From Antedon mediterranea (Eukaryota > Animalia > Echinodermata): DNA of 64,000 nt. The stretch lies in the NCBI RefSeq assembly GCF_964355755.1, contig NC_092675.1, positions 29,608,912 through 29,672,911 on the forward strand. The letters run 5' to 3'. Of the stretch, positions 29,106 through 42,140 are shown one piece after another (positions within the stretch are counted from its first letter, which is position 1; every line of letters starts with the position of its first letter). The position numbers were made by a program, and so were the translations under genes. The notes under the pieces were generated by a model that did not search any database, was not told the origin of the DNA, and saw only the letters and a list, made by a program, of their open reading frames with translations.

Positions 29106-31005
29106 TAACATATTATGCATTATTTCATTTTCAAACAAAAATTTTATATATTTCCTGCACCAGACATTGAAGGCTGCAGATATTAAAACTGATATTGTTA
29201 ACCACACATAATAAGATATGCTTTGCTTTTCACTACTAGTTTAGAAGTAGCATCAGCAAATCTCCTTGGGCACACCTCTGTTTAAACTTCCTAGATGTGG
29301 CCCATTACATTGCACAGTAAATTAGATCTTTTTAGTTATAATAATTTGTACTTATTAAAATTCATAGGCAATTTTGCCTTAATGATTCTTAATATGAAGC
29401 TGCCTACTTTGTATACTAGCTTTAATAATATTCTGCATGCACAGAATGCAGAAATTAATCAAGGCCATCGAAAGTAAAGCAGTCTGGCTTTTTAACATGC
29501 AACTAACGCTGTTCAGTGACATCATCATTCATTTTACGCTTTATTGGCTTTGTCTCCCCATTCAATTATCAATAAAATAATTACTTTTTTTTTACTTTTT
29601 TATATTCCAAAAGTTATACAAAATTGTATTTTCTTTTTGTAATGATGACATGTTCACAGGTCTCAATTTCAAAAGTAATTATACAAACTTCAAAATTATA
29701 AATTCTATTTTACAATTTATTTTTTAATTATTTTTTGCCTTTGCAGCAGATTGCAAAAGGTTAACATAAAAAGGTTTTTATAAATTAGCAATAAAAAATG
29801 TTGAAACATTGATAACATGGGGTCCATGCAATGCAAGAAGAAAATTTTTTTTTTTTTGCTTTTATAATATTTTTAAATGTGTTCAGCTTGTACATTTATT
29901 TCAGCAGGCTGGTTGTTTTGAGTTCCTCACATAAAAAAATTTAATGAAAACTTTAATTTTTGTCTATGAATGTGTTCCTCTATCACGACAGAAGAAGGTG
30001 CAACAAAATAACTACTGTGGTGTTCAAAAGATGATTATAAATAAAGAGTAATTTTAATTAAGGCCTATATTTACCTAAAAGCAAAAAAAATTTAAGGTTT
30101 TGTTATGATACAGGTACACCAAGATAAACAAAATAGTTTAAGTAATAATATAGTATGTAATCACAATACAAAGAATCTCTTCCACTTAAATAGTCAACAA
30201 CAACAGCAATAAAATGCTCACACGCGAGCCGCTAGGTTCTGAATTGACAAACTACCACCAGCCACCTGTCTGCTCTCCTCCTCCGCCGAACGTCAAGACA
30301 ATTGGAATTCACCGGGCCTAGCTTAAACATAATGAAGGTGTATAAAATCAACTTACGTTACACGTAAAATATTCAAAATGCTTTTTAACCAAGAACTTTC
30401 AATAATCCTACAATCCTATCCAAACATTTTAACCGTGATCATTGTACCATCATCCCAACACAAACAAATGGGAAAGAGTCAAAAAGACAAATCTCTGCAG
30501 ATTGTTTGTTGCTGGTGAAAAAAAGAGGGCGACAAACTGATATTCCCGACCTATCAAAGATACGGTTTTTTAATTTTTTTAAAGTATAACTAGAGTTATT
30601 GTTTTTTTAGTAAATAAATCCTGTACACAACTTCCATGAATAATAACAAAAATCATAGTTAGAAAAACATACATATACATACTGTACCTTCTTCTGAATT
30701 CTTAACGAGAGATGATATCTTGATAGTTATTATTCACTTTCTGAACAAATTTGATAAAACGTTGCAACATGTTATTGTAGTTTTTTAGACAAAACTACGA
30801 AGTGTGAATTGTTTTATTTTTTCCAGATATTTCTATATATAATATTTATAAATAATTTAATATTAAATGAATGACACAAAAAACAAACAATATCAAATAG
30901 AGTACATTTATTAAAATTACTTTGGTGCACTCCTTGCCACCCCCTCCCCACCCACCTTATAATACATCATTTATTCATTACTAACATCATGGTCAACTAT
31001 TATGG

Positions 31006-34000
31006 TCAATGTAAACTGTCTTCATCCAGACTGTTAGTCCACTCAAGTAAGTCATCCGCATCTTTATCCTCCCACGGTTCGCCAATTTCACTTGCTGCCA
31101 CTGATGGAGGAGGAACTACAAAAATACAATTTTTCAAATATTGATAAAATAATAATCAATAATTATTCTTTATTAGAAATCAGTTTTATTATCTTCCATC
31201 ATAGATCTAAATTTTTTTAATTGCAATAAAAAAGATAGGACATAGGTAACTTCAATGTTTAGTATTTGTGTAACCTTTAATCATATCCAGTAATCATAGT
31301 GGCAGTTATTAAAAATAGAGACTTGACATCCAATAGCTACAATAACACTTTGTGTTGTTCCAAAATAAACACAACCTGACTCTACAAAACGAGCATGTTT
31401 GTCAACGCCCTCTGTAGTCGAGTGACATCACTTATATGGTTACAATTTTTCTTTTTGTTTATGGGTCTTGCGTGACAAGAAATCTCTTCTTGCAAGATCC
31501 TCTATTAATGGTATTTTTTGTATTTTCTCATTATAAATTATCATTCTTTTTTATTGTATTGTTATACCATTGATAGAAACTAATAAATGTTGAATTATAT
31601 ATTATAATTGCATGAAAGTTAAGCGTTATCAAACTTAATAAATGTTTAGAATGCAAGCGCAACACAAGTAATCAGAATAATCACCTCCCAGTTGCGTCCT
31701 AGTGGTAACTAAGTTTTATCAACAATTAATACAAAGAAAATTCATTAACCTGCTTTTTTTGGAAGATAGATTTTCTTCATTTTATTAATTGTTTCCAGCC
31801 TATGTTGATGACTAGTTTCTTCCTTTGTTGGTTGTGGTCCAAACTTTCCATACATTATAGAATTGTGTCTAATAAAACAGGACATTAAAATATACATCTT
31901 GAATGAACGGTATTGTACATTTTTTATAATTATATGTTAATCATAGATTAATTTCCAATTTATTACAGTTAAATCCAAATCTCTACAAAAAACCAAAAGG
32001 CAAAAAAAGAAATTTTGGAAGGTTTGTCAATGTGCTTATAAAAACATGTAATATGTTGGGAGATCAAAATATGTTATAACTTCAAATTCAAGGTATGTTG
32101 AATTTGTGCTGTTAAGCTCGTTTAAAATCACTTTATATGTTACAACATCGATATTATCATCTAGATTCCCAATTGCAACCCAAAACTAAATTGTTAAAAC
32201 CTACTCTTCAAGTTGCTTCTTCATATGTTCATGTAACTCTTCTAATGGTAGGCCAAAGTGGGCAGTTTGCAACTTGCGATTCTCTTTTATTGATTCTAGA
32301 ACTGAAAATTAAGCACAAATGATTAAATATTAAACATTCCAATATATGCAACAGAGCTTTTGTTGTATCTGATAGCTTGAGGCATCCATCTGAGAATTCT
32401 GTTTGAATAAAGCCCAAAACATTTGTCCAATACTTAGCTCCGTGGTGCAACGATACATTGTAGTAGTAATATTATGATCATGTTGGTAGTACCTGCTGCT
32501 TCCTTAGCCTTCAATATAAACCTAACCATCAGCACTTGGTGGTCTTAAGGTATGAACACCAGGCTAGTGATCTGGAGACTTTTTCTAAATCACACTACAT
32601 TATTATTATATCATGCATTGGTAAATCTTAAGGCTTTATGTGACAAAAAATATGATGTGCCCATATATGGACATGATGATGTCATATCCCTACTATATTT
32701 GGGCATATCACTACCATATTTGGGCACATCACACTTTTTTGTCACATAAAGTTTGATAGTGTAGACAGAGCTTAATACAGTGCATTGGTGTCAAATATTT
32801 GTAAAACGTACATGGGTTTTTTATGTCTGACGATGACTTAGAGGTTGCAATACCACTCCATGTTGTATGGTAGTCATCAAAAGATAGACGACCTGGATGA
32901 TGACCTCTAGTAGCATGTGACAGGTCAATCTCATCTGGCTGTTCTTCATCTTGTTTATCTGTCTGTTTTTCATGTGGATCAAGTCCAGCTAAATGAAAAC
33001 ACATTTTTATTTCAATTTCTTCACATGACTCACAACAAATAAAAGCAGTTGGTCTATTTTTTTTTACAGTAGAAACTTTATTAATTGGACAAATTCAGGA
33101 CCGAATAAAAGAATTGTCCATTTCACAGAATAGGTGTTGGCCGTAGTGTTAAAACATATATTGCAACTTAATCATTTAACACAGGTATGTGTCCCTTAAA
33201 ATTAGGGTGTCTCCTGAATAGGGAGAGTTGGCCATATTGTTAAAACACATGCCTTTCAATAATTTTACAGGTATGTCTCTGTAGTGCCCTCTGAATTGAG
33301 GTTGGCCATACTGTAGTGTGTAAAAAATATATTGCCTTTTCAATAATTTTACAGGTATGTCTCCCTCCCCCCTCCCCCACCTCCTTTTATTATGGTGTCC
33401 CCTGAATTGTGGTTGGCCGTAGTGTTAAGACATATATTGCCTTTTCAATATTTTTACAGGTATGTCTCCCCTTAATTGCGGTGTTCCCTAAATAGGGGTT
33501 GACTGCCCGTCAATCATTTGATAATAAGTGTCTCCTTAATAGGAGTGTTCCGAGAAGAGGTGTCCCAAATGAGTAGATTATACTGTATAATTATTATAAA
33601 ATAACTATGGCATTGATGATAGCATGTTGTGTCTCACCATCTATTCTCCTGCTAGCATTCACACAATCAAGCACAACTTGCCGATATAACTCTTGTGACT
33701 GTTCATATATATCAACTGCTTCTGTATTTATAGCATCTCGCAAAACAGGGTTTGACAACATCGTCTGACAAATATTTTAAAATAAAAATAAACATAATTT
33801 AAAATAAATCTTTGTTAATTAGGTTTGATGAGTAACATTTATTTTGTTTCTTCATTCTCTTGTTTCTGATTTTCTTCTAATGAAAATAACAGATTTTCAA
33901 GGTAAATTTTGAGTGGAGAGTTAGATATAGAATATAAAATATATTTCACAATGGCAGTGGAAAGTATGAGAGGCCAATGGTGGGTAATTTTATTTTGTGC

Positions 34001-35646
34001 TAATTAAATACCTGTAACATGATTAGTATAAATTGCACTCCATACGAGGTATCCCACATATCAGGCTGAAGGAATTCAACACAAGGCTTGCCTGTGCTCA
34101 TGTCAACTTGAAAAAAAAAGAAAGTAGTAGTAGTAGTATCGACTAAAACTTATGGCAGGTTTTAAAGCATTTATATTTTTGATTACTTCTAAAGTAATCC
34201 CATGTTAAAGGTTCTTTCACACCTGTTCCGGCACGGTTCCACTCCGGCGTATTGAACGTCAATGTTTTGTTTTCATGATGCTCCATGCAGCTATGCACCA
34301 ATGTTAATGGAAATGTTCTCCTCAAGTACAGTAACATACAATTATTTGTTTAATTGACTATAATAAAAATAAAATGGCATTGGGGTTGAGACAACTTACT
34401 ATTTGGATGAAACGGTATTGTGTGGAAAAAAACATTAGGTGCCACTTGGTTGTAGTTCTCAGAAAACTGCAAACTTACAACAAAGATTCCACCTAAAGAA
34501 ATAAAATGAATGTGAGACCATGTTTCTGCAGCCATAATCAATAAAAACAACAAAGATTCCACCTAAAGGAATAAAATGAATGTGAGGCCATGTTTTTGCA
34601 GCCATAATCAATAAAAATCAAATGCGCTTGATCAATAATTACTGTAACTTTAGGTCAAATGTTAAACATCATCGCATTTATCTGATAACTATTTTATTTG
34701 AATAAGACAATTAATGGTTAATTTTCTCATGAGTAAAATCGGTTAAACCCTGTTTCCACAGGAATTTCATCAGTTGAATTTTTTTTTTTTGCAAGCACAA
34801 CCTAAATTAACTTTCATTTTAGATACAACATAACACACCTAGCTATATGACATGCTAATAATAAAAATAATAATAATAATAATAACTGTACCTTCCCACA
34901 CCGTGTCCTTAAGTCCTGTTATCTTAGCTGTCCATTCTAAAAAGTTATCTTCTGCAAATGGATGGGCCTCTATTCCCTAAAAATGAACAACCACAATTAA
35001 ACATTAATCGATTAACCTGGTGATTTGGCACAAATCTTTCAATAAAATTAAATGTTCATTCTATCATAGGGAATGTGGCTAAACTACAGTATAGACTCTT
35101 AACTACTACTTGACAATCCACCCTATACATTAGCCCTATACACCTTATACACCCTATACATTAGCCCTATACACCTTATACACCCTACACACCTTATACA
35201 CCCTATACATTAGCCCTATACACCCTATACACCTTATACACCCTATACACCTTATACACCCTATACACCTTATACACCTTATACACCCTATACACCTTAT
35301 ACGCCTTATACACCCTATACACCCTATACATTAGCCCTATACACCCTATACACCTTATACACCCTATACACCCTACACACCTTATACACCCTATACATTA
35401 GCCCTATACACCCTATACACCTTATACACCCTATACATTAAACAACTTTAATTAGAAACTGTAAAAATATAACAAATTTGAATGATTATTTACAATAAAA
35501 TTGTCTGCAAGTAATGCGTTGCATCACTGCAATAATAAATACTTCATTACAATTTTTTTTTCATTTTAACAAAATCTTACCCATGTAGGATTTTTCTGCA
35601 TCATAACATACTCCTTTTGTAGCAACATATGAGCTCGACAAAACAT
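31006..35646 (-). CDS. UBE2U: Ubiquitin-conjugating enzyme E2 U-like; 9 coding exons, ~322 aa
   Basis: Exons (-): 35646-35581, 34976-34892, 34492-34400, 34106-34012, 33764-33638, 32988-32812, 32301-32205, 31868-31750, 31115-31006; total 969 nt, in phase. MFCRAHMLLQKEY...EWTAKITGLKDTVWEGGIF...TIPFHPNIDMSTGKPCVEFL (HPN motif and catalytic Cys), MLSNPVL, C-terminal extension with TWSGIATSK and DDLLEWTNSL as in UBE2U. An in-frame ATG at 35658 is an alternative start. Confidence 0.88.
32633..32772. mobile_element. MITE family 1 copy (partial) in a UBE2U intron
   Basis: Core plus right TIR GATAGTGTAGACAGAGCT-TAA. Confidence 0.75.
33066..33588. repeat. Degenerate internally repeated element with TA-CAGT...ACTG-TA ends (Tc1/mariner-like MITE)
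   Basis: About four copies of GTTGGCC(G/A)TAGTGTTAAAACATATATTGC...ACAGGTATGT...CCCTGAAT; ends TACAGTAGAAAC and TATACTGTA. Confidence 0.55.
35119..35440. repeat. Low-complexity minisatellite of ~10-bp ACACC(C/T)TAT units
   Basis: Directly visible, in UBE2U coding intron 1. Confidence 0.95.
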
Positions 35647-35894
35647 TTTGAAGGTCATATGTGGGGTGATCTATCAGCCAGTCTTAACCTGTATAAAGAT
35701 AATAATACTGTTCTTTATTGAAAAGAGCCTGAATTAGTTGGATTGTTGCAGTAACATTCTATTAATTGTGTCCAGCACAGTTTCTTTTTACATCAAATTA
35801 TTATTTTGTTTATATCAATTATTATGACAGTATTATCAAATAGTAGTATTGCAATTGAATAATCTCTTCCATTGTACAGCATTCTAAAAAAATA

Positions 35895-36300
35895 GTATTA
35901 TTATTATTATTATTATATCAAAATTTATAAAGCGTCAATTCAAAGACCGAGGTACAAAATCAAAGGCGCTGGGCATGTTAGTGGTCGAAAAAATGAGTTT
36001 TGAGCAATTTTTTAAATAAGGCAACAGAAGAGCAGTGTTTAATTTGTGGGGGGAGTGAATTCCAGAGTTTGGGTGCAGCAAAAGAAAACGATCTATGACC
36101 AAAGGTTTTAGTGGCTATGCGTGGAACAGAGAGTAAAAAATCATCAGATGATGATCTAAGAGTTCGTCCAGGAACATAAAAGGTGATTAATTGACGGATG
36201 TAAGCAGGTTGGTTGAAAAGAAGTGCTTTAAAAGTAAGGAGCAAGATTTAAAATTATATTCGATTGTCAAGAACAGGTGAAATGTGAGAGCGACGGTTAC
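35895..36300 (-). mobile_element. 5'-truncated LINE (L2/CR1-group) 3' end in the UBE2U 5' intron
   Basis: ORF 35978-36244 (LLTFKAL...PAYIRQL...RTLRSS...RSFSFAAPKLWNSLP...FKKLLKTHFF), 3'UTR and (TAA)n tail at ~35895-35916. Confidence 0.85.
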
Positions 36301-36840
36301 ACTTGTAGTTGTTTAGAAACAGTTTGATAACATTTGATTCTGAGCAAGGTAAATAACACTAAGAATTAAGATAAAGTCTGTGTTTAGAGTTCCGTCAGCG
36401 GAACACAATTGATTGGTTAATTACAAACAGCTCATGCAGTTATGCATGCACATTTTCACAAAGTTGTTTATTAACACACTGATCCATTTTGACCGGTTTG
36501 TTGGTGTATATATATAGATAATGATATTGGCCTAGCATTGCTTGCAGTGATTTTTTGTAGGCTCTCTTTTTAAAAAATGAATCTCTAAATAAGGACATGA
36601 AAACGAAAACACTCCACCCTAGACTACACACCACTTCAATTTAGGTCTTAGCAACATATTTATAATAAAAAAACAAGTAAGATAATTTTGTTGAAGGTCT
36701 AGGCCCTAGCCAGCTCCATGATAGCCGACAAAGAGCACCACACAGCCGGCCGGGGATGCCCCAGAAGCCTGAAAGTGGTGTAAACAAATCGTTAATTTGC
36801 CTGGGTCTGGTCGGCCTAGCTGTAGAGCTATTTAACTTAC

Positions 36841-37692
36841 CAATTTGCATTCTAAATTATTAAATATTTCTCTAAATTGCAAAATGTAAACCTATTCATA
36901 GTTATCTGATAGTAAAACAACTATAAAAATGTATAAAGATTGTTTTAAAACAGCTAAAGAGGCACTTTTATCTCTTAAACGCATTCAATCTCCACGACGA
37001 CGACGACGAAATATAACTTTAATTAGACTATAGAGGGCGTAGTCATCTAAAATAATTTTTGTTTATTTAAATTTGCGGAAATATTTATTATTCATATCGA
37101 CTTTCTCAGCAGCAGCAGCAGCAGAGTGTTTATACGTCGGTCCTTCCTTTTTATCGGCCTACTACTAGGCCTAGGCCTAGGCTAATACACAAGTAGAGAT
37201 ATAATAAGGTTTATATGTACATCATGCCCTGATAGTACCTAGGCCTAGTATTACCTAGCCTAGCCTGGCCTAGTAGTAGCTAGCTATAACGCCTAAGTAG
37301 TAGTAGGCCAAGTAGATAGTAGTAGGCTAGTAGGCCTACTACTAGCCTAGCTAGTCTAGGGCCAGGCCTAGGCCTAGATAGATCCGGCCAGCAATTAGGA
37401 GTGTAAGCCTACTTCTAGGCTACGCCCTAAAAAATAAGAAGGCCCTAACTAGTCAGTGTAGCCTAGGCTAGCTATCTGTATGATGATAGCTCCACATAGA
37501 TAGTCCTAGCTAGTGATATTATAATATCTCTATATGTTATGGAGCTAGCCTAGGCCTATCTGATTTTATAGCTTCACAGAGAGACTAGTCGGTATAAAAC
37601 TTAAAAGCCTTCATCATGGTCATATTTTTATAATAATTTTGTTTGTAGGTCATATAGATAAACTGTGATGCCAGGCAATAATTACAGAAACA
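36841..37692. promoter_or_regulatory. Putative bidirectional promoter and 5'UTR exons of head-to-head UBE2U and FBXL genes
   Basis: Genes are divergent. Minus-strand donor (CTTAC) at 36836-36840, plus-strand acceptor at 37647-37648, local CpG enrichment around 36990-37160, and a TAGGCCTA-rich low-complexity stretch at 37160-37560. Confidence 0.5.
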
Positions 37693-38986
37693 ATGAGGTC
37701 AAAAGTGTTAATCACCAGCTTGCCTGAAAATGTGGTCCTTGAAATCTTTGCATACCTCAGTATTCCAGAAAGATGCCAAATAGCAAGGTAAATCTAGTTT
37801 TATTTTTTTAATTCATTTTGACCGACACCAACCTACTTTTAAACCCCTTTCACATTAAACTATAGAGAAATGCTGTGAAGTGTATCGGGAGTGCTATTAT
37901 TACACATCAACAAGTAACTCCAGAAAGACCTAATTCGGATGAACAATACCGGATTTTTTCAATAATTACCCTAAACATTAGATTTGGTAATATTCACATT
38001 GCATCGCCAATGTGTTTCCAAAGTTTGATGGGCAGATTGTATTCCCTGCAATATTGTATCAATGTAAATATATATATTATATTGCTGAATAACTGATAAC
38101 ATTTAAATGTATGTATTGCAGAGTGTGTCGACTGTGGAACCAACTTATTAGGGACAAGTATTTATGGCAACGTGTTGATTTGACAGCTAGACCAATCGCA
38201 CCAAAGACGTTGTGGAAGGTCATCCGAGGTTACTTGTCAGACTCCTTGCTGTCTTTGTCACTAAAAGGCTTTCTCTACTCCGTAAAGGAAACAAAATGTC
38301 TGACGCACGCGCTGTTAAAAGAACTAATATCGCGTTGTCCGAAACTGGTTTCGATACAGATAATCAGCGAAAACCTCAGTGCGATAGATTCGAGCAAATT
38401 TCCGCCAAACTTAAAACGTTTGTTCATCCAGAATTGTGAGGTAACTCAACACTGGTTGAAAAAGGCAGATAAATCAAATTTATTTGAAACGCTACAGGAA
38501 CTCAGCTTCGCCAACTCAAAACGTTTTAGTAGCGATGACGTTCAGTATATTTGCAAACTACAAAACTTGAAGTTGTTAAACTTGAGTAATTGTTATAGAA
38601 TATGTGATGACAACGTGAATCAGTTAACGAATGCATTAACAAACTTAGAGACGTTAGTCCTGAGTGGATGTACCATCACAGATTTAGCTTTACATTTTGT
38701 AAGCCATCGCTTGAAATTCATACAAACGCTTGACGTATCGGACTGTACCTCATTGACCAATCAAGGCCTTGCAATTCTCGGTGTTCCTTATTGTCCCAAA
38801 TATCTAACAGTAACTGGTTGTCAGTTTTTAGTAACGGATCTTGCTATCTTGGTAAAAAGAAATTCAGAGATTGTGAGAGTCGAATTTGGAGTAAAGGACG
38901 AATTAAAAACTTTAAACCGAAACAATTTTCAGGAAATTTTAGACAGTTATCAAAATCAATTGACAGCTCAAGTTGATGCTGTGTAG
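37693..38986 (+). CDS. F-box/leucine-rich repeat protein, FBXL12-like; 2 coding exons, ~319 aa
   Basis: Exon 37693-37787 (MRSKVLITSLPENVVLEIFAYLSIPERCQIAR, F-box) splices to 38122-38986 (VCRLWNQLIRDKYLWQRVDL, then cysteine-containing LRRs LKLLNLSNCYRI, LETLVLSGCTIT, IQTLDVSDCTSLT); total 960 nt. The FBXL12 assignment is by resemblance only. Confidence 0.88.
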
Positions 38987-39738
38987 TTTTCTCCAACAAG
39001 AAAAAAGAAAATTAGTTAAAACAGCAAAATAGAAACCATTTGATCATAAGATCATAGCGGGTAATCTATTTTAAACTGGGGTGAATGGGATGAATCCCCT
39101 TCCCGATTGCGTCGGCGACATCTGCGCGTGTAGTGATTTTAATGGAAACCAGGCTTAAAGGAGGAGGCTTCTACTAGAGGGCGTTTTTAAAAGATAACAG
39201 TACTGTATGTCTAATATGGCATTATACAGCTGATTACTCTGTATACTGCTGTTAGTATTGATCAAAATAATAGAATATTTATGTTTCCTACAAGGTATTT
39301 AATAGCTTTAAGTTAGTATTGATTTAGATGAAATTACATTGGTCTAAATTATTTTTGTATTTTAATTTAAATTCTTGGATAGATATATATATATATATTT
39401 GTTTAATCTTACTGTATAATTATTTGTAATGATGTTAGTGAAACTAATTTTAAGGGTTGAGACCAGAAACTAAACTTATTTTAATTTACAATGAACTTTC
39501 TTATTGTATATGAATACACTATGCTGTATGTGTATGATGTAAAAGCGTAACATATTTTAAATAAAATAATATCGTTTTGCACTGTAAATTACATAAGGCC
39601 CTATTGTCTGTTTTTGTCAAAATTTAACAGAAAGTTCCGTATTAAGCTACATACACATTAGTAACGTTTGTTCACAGAATGGAAGATGGTGCGCCGCCGC
39701 GGCGCTGTCTTGACAAATTGAAAATCAAAAAGCTACAC

Positions 39739-40040
39739 CAGTGTTCTGCAAACTTTTTTGACCGCGGCCCCATGATCCTATTTTAGGGATTTTCGCGACC
39801 CAACATTGCGTATTTAAATGAAATAAATAATGTTTTTATTTTATTTTGAATTATTGAGACAGTTGAATTAATTTAGGAAAAAGGTAAGCTACCTTTGCGA
39901 TTTCTACCGTCATATTAATACATAGTCATGATGCATACATAATCACTATCGTTATAGTACTAGGCATTTTGCCACCCGCAGCCTGTTGCCAGCACATCAA
40001 AAATGCACAAATTACCCATGGTGCAGTGGGGCCTGTGGAA
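39739..40040 (+). mobile_element. hAT-like non-autonomous element, left end
   Basis: CAGTGTTCTGCAAACTTTTTTGACCGCGGCCC start resembles hAT/Charlie-type MITE ends. Right end not found. Confidence 0.45.
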
Positions 40041-40070
40041 AAGCGAATTTTGTTAAATACATAAATATAT

Positions 40071-40430
40071 ATTGATAATGTAGACAGAGCTTAACAGAAT
40101 TAAACGGCGCCGTCTTCCGTTCCGTGTGTTATTGATAATGTAGACAGAGCTTAACAGAATTAAACGGCGCCGTCTTCCGTTCCGTGTGTTATTGATAATG
40201 TAGACAGAGCTTAACAGAATTAAACGGCGCCGTCTTCCGTTCCGTGTGTTATTGATAATGTAGACAGAGCTTAACAGAATTAAACGGCGCCGTCTTCCGT
40301 TCCGTGTGTTATTGATAATGTAGACAGAGCTTAACAGAATTAAACGGCGCCGTCTTCCGTTCCGTGTGTTATTGATAATGTAGACAGAGCTTAACAGAAT
40401 TAAACGGCGCCGTCTTCCGTTCCGTGTGTA
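40071..40430. repeat. 60-bp perfect tandem repeat x6
   Basis: Unit ATTGATAATGTAGACAGAGCTTAACAGAATTAAACGGCGCCGTCTTCCGTTCCGTGTGTT. Confidence 0.97.
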
Positions 40431-40802
40431 TTATGCTTATGGCCAGTTTTGACTTGATAGTTGAGTGAATATTTAAATGTCTGTCTACACTATCAAACTA
40501 GTTGGACAAAAAAGTGTGATGTGCCCAAATGTAGTAGCACATATGGGCACATCACATTCTTTTTTCACATAAAGTTTGATAGTGTAGACAGAGCTTAACA
40601 GAATTAAACGGCGCCGTCTTCCGTTCCGTGTGTATTATGCTTATGGCCAGTTTTGACTTGATAGTTGAGTGAATATTTAAATGTCTGTCTACACTATCAA
40701 ACTAGTTAGACAAAAAAGTGTGATGTGCCCAAATGTAGTAGCACATATGGGAACATCACATTCTTTTTTCACATAAAGTTTGATAGTGTAGACAGAGCTT
40801 AA
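40381..40802. repeat. 204-bp tandem duplication containing MITE family 1 copies
   Basis: TAGACAGAGCTTAAC recurs at 40381, 40585 and 40789 with near-identical intervening sequence. Confidence 0.92.
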
Positions 40803-41819
40803 CGTTCATGTAGAAATAACGATGGATTCGTCAAGTTTACTGTATTATATTTTGATAAGTCAACAATAATGTAATTTAACTTAACACAAATGTTACTATT
40901 ACATATAATTTAAAATACAACAATAGTACATTAAACATTACAAACAAGAGCCGAATATAAAATTCTGTTAGTAAAACGATGGCTTAATTGATTATTCTAA
41001 ATTTAAAATTTATAAGAAATATAAATTATAATAAGATAAGTTTAAATATAAATAAAAGCCAGAAAATTATCTGGTAGGCCTATTTTATATAAATAGAATC
41101 CATCAAATACTGATATATTATTATTATTATTATTAATATTAATAAAAGTTCTCAAAATAATCTTAAAGACGATATTCATAAATTATTACGATGGACCACG
41201 TAATAGATCTTATATGAACGCTAAAATAATCGGACTTTAAAGATTAAATAAAATATTCTATTAATGTAGGCAATAAAGTACCTGTGTGTCGTTCGTACAA
41301 CTGCGAATAACATCACCGCGCCCCTCCCAACCAATTCATACTTAAACAATTACCCCTGTTTAAATATACAAAAAAAGTTAAATAAAACAATTCCTCGATC
41401 GCACGAATATACTTCGGTATCAGAAATCAATCGTTCGATACCTATCGATAACCATTTCTACCCGTCGTTTGTGTCAATGTGAGAGCCACGTCTAACCCGC
41501 ATCACCATTCAAGTACCCCTGTTAAAAGTTAAAAGGTTTTCTACAAGACACCGAATAAACTTCGATATCAGAAGTCAATAATTCGATATTTAACATATTC
41601 TTAACATTCCAGTTTTCTCATTTTGGCATTAATACCCGTCGTGTCGCCAATAGGCCTACGACGACTATTAATCTCAACCTCCTACATCCATCGATTTGTA
41701 CTCGATCACTGTTTAAAATAGTTCCGAAGAAAAACCAATATAAGATTTCTTTTCTAGAAATGCGCCACGAGAAGCGATTCTTAAGGTTGTGTCAACAATC
41801 AGTACCACGTTCTTCAATT

Positions 41820-42140
41820 TAGGCCTATACTTCTTCAAAAAAAGGGAAGTGATTCAACCTGGCTTTTAGCGATCTGTGGTAAAGAGTATCATGTTTATTT
41901 TAAAAGGGTTCGATAATTTCACCAAGATCTTCAATAATGTAGGCCTACTTCTTCAAAGTGACTCAACCTGGCTTGGTAAAAGATGACCGTATTTAAAAGG
42001 GTTTAATAATATCACCAAGATCTTTAATAATGTAGGCCCACTTCTTCTGGTGATCGAATCAACCTGGCTTTTAGTGATCTGTGGTAAAAGATGACCGTAT
42101 TTAGAAGGGTTCAATAATTTCACCAAGATCTTCAATAATG
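41820..42140. repeat. Degenerate ~90-115-bp repeat x3 spanning the stop codon of sialyltransferase A
   Basis: Recurring TCAACCTGGCTT...GGTAAAAGATGACCGTATTT..AAGGGTT..ATAAT.TCACCAAGATCTT.AATAATGTA. Confidence 0.8.

Noticed and set aside
32492-32595. Exon-like segment within UBE2U
   Set aside because: Every candidate acceptor gives an immediate stop in the required phase; 32812 splices cleanly to 32301.
40071-40430. Regular repeat array as a possible CRISPR
   Set aside because: Units are contiguous and identical with no unique spacers, there are no cas genes, and the context is eukaryotic.
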